From the human T2T-CHM13v2.0 reference genome, Homo sapiens: 64,000 nt of DNA. Within the stretch, counting starts at the first letter, position 1; the number at the start of each line of letters is the position of its first letter. Below, piece by piece: positions 12,519-24,664 of the stretch. The notes under the pieces are model-generated. The model did not search any database. It saw only the letters and a program-made list of their open reading frames with translations, and was not told the DNA's origin. The stretch lies in assembly GCF_009914755.1 (NCBI RefSeq), contig NC_060939.1, one strand, 5' to 3'. The position numbers were made by a program, and so were the translations under genes.

Positions 12519-12919
12519 ATGTCAGTTTTGTGCAGCTGTAACAGAAGATCTGCGACTGGATAGTTTATAAAGAAAGAGGTTTCTTTCCCAATTTCTGGAG
12601 GCTGGGAAATGCAAGATCGAGGCACTTGCATGTTTGGTGTCCGATGATGACTGCTCTGCTTCCTGGCTGGCTTCTTGAACCAAAGGCGGGAGGAAGGCTC
12701 TTGCTCAAAGCTTTCCTCCAGAAAAGCCAAAGGGCAAGCGAAGGAGGGGAGAGAGGCGCAGACTCCCTCTTTGATAAAGAAGCTTCTCTGAGATAAGGCA
12801 TAAGAATGGAGCCCACATGGCCTGATCACCCGTTAAGGGTCCCACTTCTTAATCCAGTTACCATGGCAATTACATTTCAACATCAGTTTGAGAGGGCACA
12901 GGCATTCAAACCATAGCAG
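12519..12919 (-). mobile_element. MaLR LTR (MLT1A-like)
   Basis: gctgtaacaga...tttataaagaaagagg...ctggaggctgggaa...tttcaacat...attcaaaccatagca matches the MLT1/MST antisense pattern. Confidence 0.8.
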
Positions 12920-13350
12920 CCCCCTTAAACAAGACACTTCACACTTCTGGGCTTCACATTCCACTGTTTGAAACCTGGACCAGTGAATTGTGATCCAACT
13001 GTATGGCTTCTGAGGTGTCTTCTGGTAAGTCTGTGTTTTGTGACTTTTAGGGAAACCACCTAATGTTTTTGAATTTGCTTTTTCTTAACTACACTGGGAA
13101 ATACGGTGGATTCATTCTGGTACAGTGGATCTCCACCTTAGCTGTACTTTAGAATCTCCTAGGTAGATTTTTTTTAAGTGTGCAGTCTATGTATATGAGT
13201 GTGCGTGTGTGCACACACACAGCCAGAGTTGAGACACACTAGCCTAGAAATGTCCAAGAGCCAGTGAGTATATTAAGATCAGCCCCAATTATAATTTGTT
13301 AAGAGTTGAAAAAAATGGAATGTTAGAAAAGATTTTTTATACATTTATAT

Positions 13351-13662
13351 ACAGCTATCCCCCCTTACCTGGTGGGGGATACATTCCAAGACCCCCAGTG
13401 GATGCCTGAGCCTTGGAGAGTACCAAATCTGGTTTACATTATGTTTTTTCCTATACATACCTATCTACAATAAAGTTTAATTTACAAAGTAGGCACAGTA
13501 AGAGATTATCAGTAACAGGTAATAATAAAATAGAACAATTGTGCCAATATACTATAATGAAAGTTAAGTGAATGTGATTTCTCTCTCACAGAGTATCTTG
13601 TTCTGTACCGTGGATAGCTGAAACTGCAGAAAGCAAAGCAGTGGATGAGGGGAGAGTGCTAT
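13351..13662 (-). mobile_element. MER44A-like Tigger7-family MITE
   Basis: ccccttacc..gggggatacattccaagacccccagtggatgcctga at one end and gaaactgcagaaagcaaagcagtggatgagggga at the other; TA flanks. Confidence 0.75.
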
Positions 13663-14024
13663 AGATGGTTTCAGATAAAGATCTCTGGTGGCCAGGAACC
13701 CACTAGAGTAAACCATATGAAGGGGTAGTGGTTGAAAAGAAACCACATTCGTATTTGTGAGATTCCAGGGAGCCTGAAGCTCCTGCCCTGTTCCTCTCTC
13801 TCCAGCTGCCTCTCTCTGGGGTTGGCTCCTCTCATCTCCTGTCCACATGCCTGTCCCATTGCTCTTTCTACACTCAAGCCTTTTCCCTCATTCACACTCG
13901 CTGCACATCACTGTGGCCCACCCCACCTAGCCTTGTTCTGACCTGGCTGCCTGGAGCTGGGCTCCTTCATGCTAAGTTCCCATCCTTGCTTCACCTGGTT
14001 GTACCCCCGGGTTAGTGAGGGCTG

Positions 14025-14142
14025 CATGGCGCGTGTGTAACATATGTAACTAACCTGCACATTGTGCACATGTACTGTAAAACTTAAAGGATAATAATAA
14101 TAATAATAAATACATACGGCAAAAAAAAAAAAAAGAAAAGAA
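14025..14142 (+). mobile_element. Extremely 5'-truncated L1PA 3' end with a composite tail
   Basis: catatgtaactaacctgcacattgtgcacatgtac...aaaacttaaag is the primate L1 3' terminus, followed by (TAA)n and an A-tract. Confidence 0.85.
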
Positions 14143-14887
14143 ATGCAGCCACCTCCTTGGAGCCTGCAGGAGGGCGCAGTCCTGAGAGAAGGGGCCTGTG
14201 GCTGGGTGAGCATGTGGACACCCCAGGATGCTGTCACTTCTGTGCCTCCTGAGTCAGGCTTCTGCCCCTCCTCTAGTTGTGGATGGAGGGTTGCATGGAA
14301 TCGTCACTGCTCTCCACTGAGCTCCCTGTGTGACACAGAGCTCAGTCTGACAAGAGAGCATCGACCTTGAAGAATAGACTACAATTAATTCCTTAAACCA
14401 GGTCAGTAGAGTGGTGACGTCATTGCCTTTTTGAGACCACGTGTGTGTGGGTGCCCATTGCAAGCCTGAAAGTGAAAGGCTATGGAAAAATAGGTCTGTT
14501 CCCTTTTGTTGACTCTGCTGTCTCCTGTCCTGCAGCTGACACACCATCCACCGTTGGGCTATGGGACTGCTGATGAGAAGTGATCTGTGGTGTGGACATA
14601 ATTCTGAACAGCCTGTGGGGCAGTGGAGGTCAGCCCAGGCATCAGGTGAAGAAGGCAGGAGAAAAGAGGCAAGAGAGGGAAGATGGCCAAAACTTGATGG
14701 TGCCAGTGGACTTCTGTGTGGCTTGGGTTGGAGGTTCCTGGCGTGAAATGGTTTAATGATTTAATTCTTCATTTGGAGGGTTTACAACCGGAACTGATTC
14801 TGGCTCTTATGTCAGAGTCACATGGGCAAGGTTGTCTCAAGGGTAACCTGGGGAGAAATGTTCCCTGCAGTTCTGAGCTTCCTATGA

Positions 14888-14890
<3 letters not shown>

Positions 14891-14940
<50 letters not shown>
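14891..14940. repeat. (GT)25 microsatellite
   Basis: Perfect dinucleotide run. Confidence 0.98.
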
Positions 14941-14942
<2 letters not shown>

Positions 14943-16607
14943 TTAGGAGCATATATTTTAGAGTTCAACAGACCTGATTTTAGGTCCTGCCTGTGATTAG
15001 CTGCTTGACCTCAGGCAAGTTTTCTACCATTTTGAGCCTCAGTTAAAATAATGATGATGGTTACCATAGCTGCAACCACCTTGTCAGTTGCTTAACACAG
15101 TGCTTTCCACATAGTAAGAGGATGGTATTGTTTAGGATTATTGATAACATTTTTAGAGCTATAATAACCAAATGCTCAGATCATGCTGAAAACTAGGTGC
15201 TTAAATCAGAAGGAGTGTTAAAGAAGTTGCTTCTTTTCCCACTGTGTATAGATACAAATACCCAGGTCAAGCCTAGCTTGGTGGATGTGGAAGTGGAGGA
15301 ACGGTAAAGGTGTTTTAGTTTTATTTGTAGCTAAGGGGGAAGTCTCTTTGGAATTGTTGCTTATGGCCTCAAGAGCTTTGGAGAGTGGTATGCATTAGTA
15401 TTTTAAATCTGATAGCATTTCATCTACCTAGGTGTTTATATGCCCAAGGGAGATCTTTAAAGGAGAGGAAACCCTACCTGTAATCCAACACCTGCAGTTA
15501 CTTTGCAAACCATTCCTGGTTTGCCCCTCCACTTTGCACTTTTTGGAGCTGGGCAGGAATCAGAGACTTCTCTGAGCAGAGTTAGGGATGGCAAGGACCA
15601 GAAGGCAAAAGCCTGTATTGTGTGCACCATTCAAGATGTTCTGGTTGCTCTTTACTTATGAGACGATCCTTAATAGAGTTAACCTTCCCTTTTCCTAGTT
15701 GGCCAGGGGACCTGAACAGCAAGCTTCCTTTTAAAATATGAATGCTCCCATAATGCCTTGTACCTCAGATTCATGTGGCTTTTTCACAGCTCTGTGTAAT
15801 GGAGCTCATTGATAACTCCCACGTTATTGATTCACTTTAGAGTGTTAAAGGACCATGGCTCCATGGTGAAATTGGAAACCTCTGTTTTCCAGGAAGTCGA
15901 GGTCATTCAGATTCAATGCTCAGACGGATAGTTAACGGTTGTACGTCAATTACTTGCTGAATTGCTGAGAGGAGCCTAACCTCAAGCTTACTTGTTAACA
16001 GAGTACTGTTTAAATTTCCAAAGGAAAAACGAGCGTAGAGAACCGCCAGTACTGATGATTAGTTTGCTCCTTCACTTTACATGTTTTAATGGTTACAGTG
16101 AAATCTGGGCAGTTATTTTGGGGGAAAAATGTAAAGGAGCCTGTGTTCAGAATATATCCACAAAAAGTGAGTTTCCAGATGTTAAGTATAAATCTACTAG
16201 CTAAAATCTCTGAGATTATGATTGATAATCAGATGAGAATTCTTACCTAATCTCAGACTGTTTTTGGAGACTGTCATGGACATAACTAAACCCTGTGCAG
16301 TGATGATTATATGGACTGCAAAGGTCTGTGATACTAGAACAAGAATTTTGTCTGCTGATCTCACTTAAATAATTTTATTTATCCCTATTGTCATAAATAA
16401 CTCAAGGGTATTTCAGTTTCTCCAGTTTTGATTGTTGTCGTGATGTTTAACTATCACTGTTGTCCTTATAACATGTAAACTTTATACTATTTTAATTTTA
16501 ATGTAACTATTAGGAAAGGACAATTCGCATGCTAATCACTTTGAAGCATGTTTTATAGTATACAAGAAGACTGGATAAAATAAGTTCGTTAAAAAATGAA
16601 CATGCCA

Positions 16608-17413
16608 TTGTAAAGGCCAAGGGAAAACTTCTTTGTGCGCAGAAGGTCTGCTGAAAAATCACTTGATAAAAAGCAGATTAATAGGAGAAATGGCATATAA
16701 ATTTATCTGTGTGCACAGGAGAAAAATTACAGAATACCCAGTATCCCAATGGGGTGCATATTCTTATATATCTACTTCTTAGGGGAAAGGGAAATGGGAA
16801 AGTGTGGATGATTTTAGAGGGACGGAAATGATTTTTAGGGGAATTCAATGGACTTGAAGAACATACAGTGGCCTGAGATAAAGTCTGTTGGATCTGCAGG
16901 GCAGACAGTGGTTTGTGACAAAAGTCTGTCTAGGTGTGTTGACATACTGCAGTCTTTCTTCCTGCAGTAGGAGTTCAGTTAATGAAAACTTACAGAAGGC
17001 ACCAGAAGTAATTGTTTTCTTCTTTGGTGGATCTAGATCAGAGCTGTCCAATCTTTTGGCTTCCCTGGGCCACATTGGAAGAAGAATTGTCTTGGGCCAC
17101 ACATGAAATATACTAATACTAGCAATAGCTGATGAGCCCCCCCTCAAAAAAAAAAACGCAAAAAATCTCACAATGTTTTAAGAAAGTTTACGAATTTGTG
17201 TTGGGCCACACCATCCAAAGCCATCCTGGGCCGAGGGTTGGACAAGCTTAATCTGGACTTAAGGCAGATAAGGGAACTTTAGAGAACAACTTCATGCTGT
17301 GGTTTGGGAGGGTCAGGGTTTTGGTGGGGAGGGGCAGAGAGGCTTCCTGAGGCTTCTACAGCTCGGCGTGTCAAAGTACTGTATTTGGGGATATCCATTT
17401 TTGAGCCCCAATA
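16608..17413 (-). mobile_element. ERV1-class LTR (MER39/MER34-like), interrupted by MER30
   Basis: aaggccaagggaaaactt...cagattaataggagaaa...gagccccaata resembles the recalled antisense MER39/MER34 LTR consensus. Confidence 0.6.
17039..17250 (+). mobile_element. MER30 hAT-Charlie MITE nested in the LTR
   Basis: tgtccaatcttttggcttccctgggccacattggaagaagaattgtcttgggccacac...ttggacaagctt; 8-bp TSD atctagat/atctggac. Confidence 0.88.
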
Positions 17414-17864
17414 CCATCATATATTTAATTGGAATAAATTAGTTTTTCCTACTAAAAATTCCAAGAAAACCCTAAAAAGGCTAAGAAGGTATTAAACTAA
17501 AAATATAAATGGTTTCCAATTCCTGTTTCCATCCCTGAAGCTCAGTGGGAGCTTGCAGTGCAAGGGTTCCAGCTGCCTCTGGCTGCGGCCACGGGACAGT
17601 CCTTCCACACCTGGGCCCCGGGCACTGTCAGCGCAGCTCTTCATGCCCCTGTCACTCTCTTCCTTTTATCCAGGCTCCAAGTCACAGAGTCCTCTGTGGT
17701 CCCTTTCTCTTCTTCATCTGAATATCTGGTCAGCCACACGTTTCTATTACTATTTCCTCTGTTTTCCATCTTTTCCTTCTCCTTCTTTCTTTATTCTAGG
17801 CTCTTGATAGCTTGTCCCGGAATTACTACACTAGCCCGTTCTCCCCACCTCACATTCTTCTCTA

Positions 17865-18173
17865 TTTTTTTGTTTTGTTTTGTTTTGTTTTGTTTTGTTT
17901 GTTTTTCCAGACAGAGTCTTGCTCTGTTGCCCAGGCTGGAGTACAGTGGCATGATCTCAGCTCACTGCAGCCTCTGCCTCCTAGGTTCAAGTGATTCTCA
18001 TGCCTCAGCCTCCCAAATAGCTGGGATCACAGGCATGTGCCACCACGCCCAGCTAATTTTTGTATTTTTAGTAGAGACAGTGTTTTCGCCATGTCGGCCA
18101 GACTGGTCTCGAACTCCTAAGCTCAAGCAATCCTCCCGCCTCAGCCTCCGAAAGTGCTGGGATTATAGGAGTG
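17865..18173 (-). mobile_element. Alu (AluS/J-like) with a (GTTTT)n tail
   Basis: Antisense dimer. Confidence 0.9.
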
Positions 18174-18776
18174 AATGGTACATATGTTTTGTGAGTTAAG
18201 CCTGAATACTCCAGTACAGGGGGCAGGCTTAACTCTGCGTGGTCAGCTTCACTCACTCCTTCCTATCAGGCACCTGGACCAGTGCAGCCTGGCGGGTAAT
18301 GGGTACTCATCGGATATTGGTTGAGTAAATAAACAGGTAAGTTGGTAATAACAGAGTTCACAAACTTTAGTGTAAGAATTACTGGGAGGCCTTGTTAAAA
18401 TAGATGCCAGACCCCGTCCTCAAAGACTCTGAGAGAATAGTTGTGGAGCAGGCCCAGATGCAATCATTTTAAACCCGCAGGCCTGCAAGGGAGGGTGAGT
18501 TGTCTGTATTTTAGGAACCTGGGGACATGAAGTTCCTGAGGGAGGCAGTTGGAGACCCCACATAGTGACCATGCTTGTACAATATTACCTGCTCCTGGGA
18601 AGTTTCTGCGAATCTCCTTTGCTGAATCTCCTTTGCCGGAGCAGTAATAGTCACTGGGCAACTTGCAGTTTGTATCATACCAGGGGTTTCAACATTTTTT
18701 AAGCAGTAAATATATACTTTTATAAATATATGTATATATTGTAAATATAAATATATAGTTTTTTAAAAAAAAGCTA

Positions 18777-19241
<465 letters not shown>

Positions 19242-19429
19242 TCAGCAGCCCCGCCTCACACTTCCCGGCCTCTCCCTCATTGTTCTCCTCCTCCACCCTG
19301 CACCACTCTGCAGCAGCCCACACCTGTGGCCACACCTTGTACCTCGTGATCACCTGGAATGCTTTGCTTCCAGGATTTTGAATTCTGAAATACTCCTTTC
19401 TGACACACCTAATATCCTGTTGGATCTGC

Positions 19430-20640
19430 CTGTTTAACAAACATATTAAGTGTCCACTGTGGGCCAGGCTTTCTTCCAGAACAAAACAAGCAAAACCCCT
19501 GCTCTTGTGAAGCTTTGTTTCATAAGTGCCCATGAAAAACAGTAATCATAATGAGTATGTGAATGATAGTTTATTATTCAAATATGATAAGTGCTAGAGG
19601 AAAACATAGAACAGGGCAAGGGCATTGGAGTACTAGAGAATGGATGGGTTGGCTGCAACTTTTAAAGGATGATTAGGGTATGCTTCATTCAGAGACTGAC
19701 ACATGGCCCCAAGCAGTGAGGGGTTAGCTATGTGCAGAAATGGGCTGAGGGACCAGGGTCCTAAGATGGGGCATGGTTGGCAGATGTAGAGATCATCAAG
19801 GAAGCCAGCGGGGGGCTAGAGCAGGGCAAGTAAGGGGTGCAGGGGTAAGAGGAGTAGTAGGAGATGAGGACTGGGAGTAACTGGGGAGGGGTGAGGGCAT
19901 TAGTCACATAGGGCCTTGCAGACCATTGCAGGGACTTTGGCTTTGACAGCAGGAAATGGGAGCCATTGGAGGGCTTTGGGTAGAGGTATGACATGATTTG
20001 ACTTAGGTTTTGGAAGGATCACTCTGTGTTAATGACAAATTGGAGGAGCTGATATGTCGAGGGAGGAAGGTGAGAGACCAATTAGGATGCAAATGCAGTA
20101 TTTTAGATGAGAGATGCTGGTGGCTTGGGCCAGAGTGTTAGCAACAGCGGTGGTGAGATTTTGGATGTATTTGAAAGGCGGAACCAACAACAGTATTTGC
20201 TGATGCAGAGTGGTGAAGGGGAGTGTCAAGGATAACGCCAAGGATTTTGGCTTGAGAAACAGGAAAACTAGAAACTGAGACTGATTTTTTTTCTTTTTTT
20301 TCTTTCAGTTTCATTAGCTTTTTTCTTTTTGTGGAGATGGGGTCTCACTATGTTGTCCAGGCTGGAACTCCTGGGCTCAAGCAATCTTCCTGCCCCTGCC
20401 TCTGCCTCCCTAAGTGCTGGGATTACAGGCATGAGCCACCGTGCCCAGCAGAATTGCTGTTGATTGAGATGGGGAGGGCTGTGAGTGGCTCAGGATTGTG
20501 GGGCAGGGCATAGATCAGGAGTATTGTTGAGCTGTAGGCGCTCATCAGACCTTTAAGTGGAGATGTAGAGTAAGCAATAGAATTTAAGTCTAGAGTTCAG
20601 GAGTGAGGTCTGGGCTAGAAATAAATTTGGGAATTCTCCC
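19430..20640 (-). mobile_element. L2 fragment, interrupted by an antisense Alu monomer at about 20285-20449
   Basis: L2 hallmarks (ggagccattggagggcttt, agtgtcaaggataacgccaagg, gagttcaggagtgaggtctgggctaga). Confidence 0.75.
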
Positions 20641-22924
20641 TTCAGAGAAGGAAAGGCAATTAAGCCAAAAACAAACCTGAAAGAATTGGCAGTTTTTCCT
20701 GGGGTGGACCTACCTCTGCTTCTGTGCCAAAATCACCCTGTAGGCGCTCTGCTCATCTGGCTCCGTAGCATCTTTGATCAGTGTTGCCACCAGGCCTTTA
20801 AAAGAACCCAGTGTTGAGGATCGGATGCTCGCATGAATCACTGAGTGACAGGTCTCTGTAGGAGAGAGCATCCTGACATCAGAGTGTGACATCAGCTTGT
20901 GGGTTGTGGCTCTTTGGTCACTTTCTGTGGCTGGAGAGTGATCGCTCATTTCCCCCAAGATTTCTTTCCAGCACCCAGAAGAGCAGCAGGACAGCTCCAT
21001 GCTTGCTGTAGCAGCCCCAGGCAGCCCGCAGGTGATTTCCCATAGGAGGCTCTATGCACTGCAGTTTTGCCAGAGGTCTTGTCATTACTGCATGCTGCCT
21101 GGCTTCCACTAGATTATTTCCAAAAAAAACCCTCCTACTGACTCGGTGTGGACTAGTGTTTCTTGATTTGTAAAATGTGAGAGAACCATAATTACTTTGG
21201 CAGGATTAAGTGTGGTGAAGATTACAGTTTTAATTTGCATAATGCCTCCTGCCTGTCTATTTTCCTGTATTTCCTCTCTGAACTGAAAATGGGACCAGTT
21301 TCTTGGGGACTTTTGCAGGCATTGGATCTTCTGAAACCCATTCTTGTATTATTTTTGAGTTTTCCTCTTATTTACATTTGCTAAAGAACTGCAAAGCTAA
21401 CTAACTAACACACCAAACAATTGGAGTCTGTATTTCTCAGGACTTGTCCCTTCATTTGCAACTCTTTTTTGAAAAGTTCTAGGTAGAATGAAAGACTGCT
21501 GCCTGTATATTTATGAAGGAAGAAAAATGCCGTGGCCTTTCTTTGCTCTTAACCTGCTTTTCTGCAGTCGTCAGATGCTGGTGTCCATTAGCCCTCCTGC
21601 ACCATTCATATCTCTTCCTTGCCAGCAAGACAGACTTCCCGTTCTCTGTCCCCATAGTTCTAAGATTATGCCTTTGTTCTAGCCCTTATCCCCTGGTCCT
21701 TTGGTTACTGATGACTGTACCTGGACTCCTCCGTTGGAATGTGATCTCCTTGAGGACAGAGGTAGTATCTAACTCTTTAGACTCACCCGGAGCCCAGTAC
21801 AATAGTTCTTGTGTCGAAGGACTGGGTTGAATCACTGTAAGAGGTAGGATTTGTATTGAGAGCTCTTTCTTTTCAGGTTCAGGATGTGGGGCCTTCATCT
21901 CCTTTGATTTTTGGAATGGAGGCATCAGTCAGGTGGCTGGTTCAGCCCCAGCTTCCTGCTGAGGTTCCTCTCTAGGCATGGATGTGAATGTGTAGCCCAG
22001 CCAAGGAGGGGTAGAAGGAGCCCTCTGGGCCCAGGAAACAGCCTGCCATCGATCCTTCAACTGCCTGGACTTCTATATAGAAGACAAAGCTTATTTTCTT
22101 AAGAGCAGCCTCACCTGTCTATGGGTGAGGTCCAAGAAGTGTAACAGAAGTGCTCAGAGGAGAAGGGGAATGTTTGTTCTTCTTGTGGTGTGTTAGGGAG
22201 GAGTGTGTCCATCTGTCAGTGTAGTACAGCCCTCCATATGTGGATTGACAGCCAGCTCATTCTAATATGTTTTTATAATACTTGGGAAAAGTGACTGTGG
22301 TTGTTATGGTTGAAGGATATGCCTATACTTCAAGTGTCACTTGATAATGAAAATGCAGAATTCAAACAATTTTTTTCTAAATCTATAGTTTTACTGACTG
22401 CCTATCAGCTTCATCTCCTCGGATCCATGAGACCTGTGCATTTGCTGTCTTTTTGTTACTTTGCCATGTTGTTTATTAAAAACAAAACAAAACTTTATAA
22501 TGGAAAAATCTCAAATTATATACAATGTACAGAAAATATTAAGCTAAATTCCATGGCGGTCTCATCACCTGCAGCAACTATTAACATTCCACCATTCTTA
22601 CAGCATCTACAGTTCCACTCACACTCCACCCCCAGCCTCTTATTACTACTTTGTAAGTCTTTTTTTTTTTTTAAGGAAAAATGTACATGCATTGGAATGT
22701 ACAAATCATAGCTCTCTTAACTTCCTAGCAGTGTCTTCTTGCCACCCACATCAGCTCTCAGGCGCAGTGATGAGCCAGCCACAGAGCCAGGCTCTCCTTG
22801 GTGTGCCGTGGTAACAGTGTCCTGCCATTTTTGGGATGTGGATTGCACTATGAGAGTATAGTTAAGGGAGGTTGTGGATAAATTTAATACCAAATAGTTA
22901 CCGAAGGAAAGCCACTGAGGTCTT

Positions 22925-22928
<4 letters not shown>

Positions 22929-22964
<36 letters not shown>
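22929..22964. repeat. T36 homopolymer not attached to a recognisable retroelement
   Basis: Read directly from the sequence. Confidence 0.95.
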
Positions 22965-23109
22965 CAAAATCAGCCTTAGAAAGGAAAACAGAAAGAAAGA
23001 TAGGGAACTCCAGGAGTGTGTCCCATTTGTCCAGAATTAGTGGTATGCCATAAACAGAGCCCTGGTCTGGAGCTGGGAGAACATTGGCTTTCATTAATAT
23101 TGAGGTACA

Positions 23110-23840
<731 letters not shown>

Positions 23841-24568
23841 GTCTCCATTTATAAAGTAGGCAGTTTGCATTAGATTGTAGTTCTGGTGTATCCGGCATTC
23901 CTTGAACGTCTGTTTTATGCTAAACACATTTCACACATTACATAATTTTAATCGCCACCCATCTGTGAGGCACAAACTGTTGTTGTCTCCATTTCACAAA
24001 TGCAGAAACTTAGGACCATGATAGATGAATGATTTGTCCCAGGTCACACCATGTTAAAAGGTGAGCCAGGATTTGAACGCAGGCAGCCTGACCCTGGAGC
24101 CTATGCTCTAAAATTAGAAAATATTCACTACATGCATAGTCTTCCAAGGTGGCGGGGGGTGGACATCTAGAAAATGCTCAAGACGTACGCTAGGGGTGCA
24201 GAAAGACAAAACCAGAACTTATATTTTGGCTTAATATTTATTATTTTTCATTGTTTTTTGTGTGTTTTCAATTTCTGTGGATTTTGTAGTGTTTTAAAAC
24301 ACACACAGACACGCACAAATCGGGAGCACCTGCTCTCATTTTTATGGAAAAGAATGCATGATTAAAAGTTGAGACACCAGTGTTCTCAATTCATAGTGTT
24401 ACTTAATATATTTTTGGATTTCTTTTCTCAGAAATACAGTATCTGAGCATGACAGTAAATTAAAATGCTTAGAAATTGCAGTCTTTCAACAAATTGAGTA
24501 CTTGATATATGTCAGGTGTTGGGCTAAGTGCTAGGTATAATCTTCTGCAGTATAAAAAAATACACAGC

Positions 24569-24664
24569 GTTAGCCAGGATGGTCTCGATCTCCTGACCTC
24601 GTGATCCGCCCGCCTCGGCCTCCCAAAGTGCTGGGATTACAGGCGTGAGCCACCGCGCCCGGCC
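24569..24664 (-). mobile_element. AluY 5' fragment (nt 1-96), with no right arm or tail
   Basis: Reverse complement matches the recalled AluY consensus 1-96 with no mismatch; tacacag on both sides. Confidence 0.95.

Noticed and set aside
15780-16110. Unique, mildly CpG-containing stretch with an acceptor-like ttttccAG, as a possible cassette exon
   Set aside because: No convincing paired donor or coding similarity; cannot be supported without expression or conservation data.
18705-18760. AT-rich quasi-palindromic TA tract
   Set aside because: Short low-complexity sequence with no long perfect stem.
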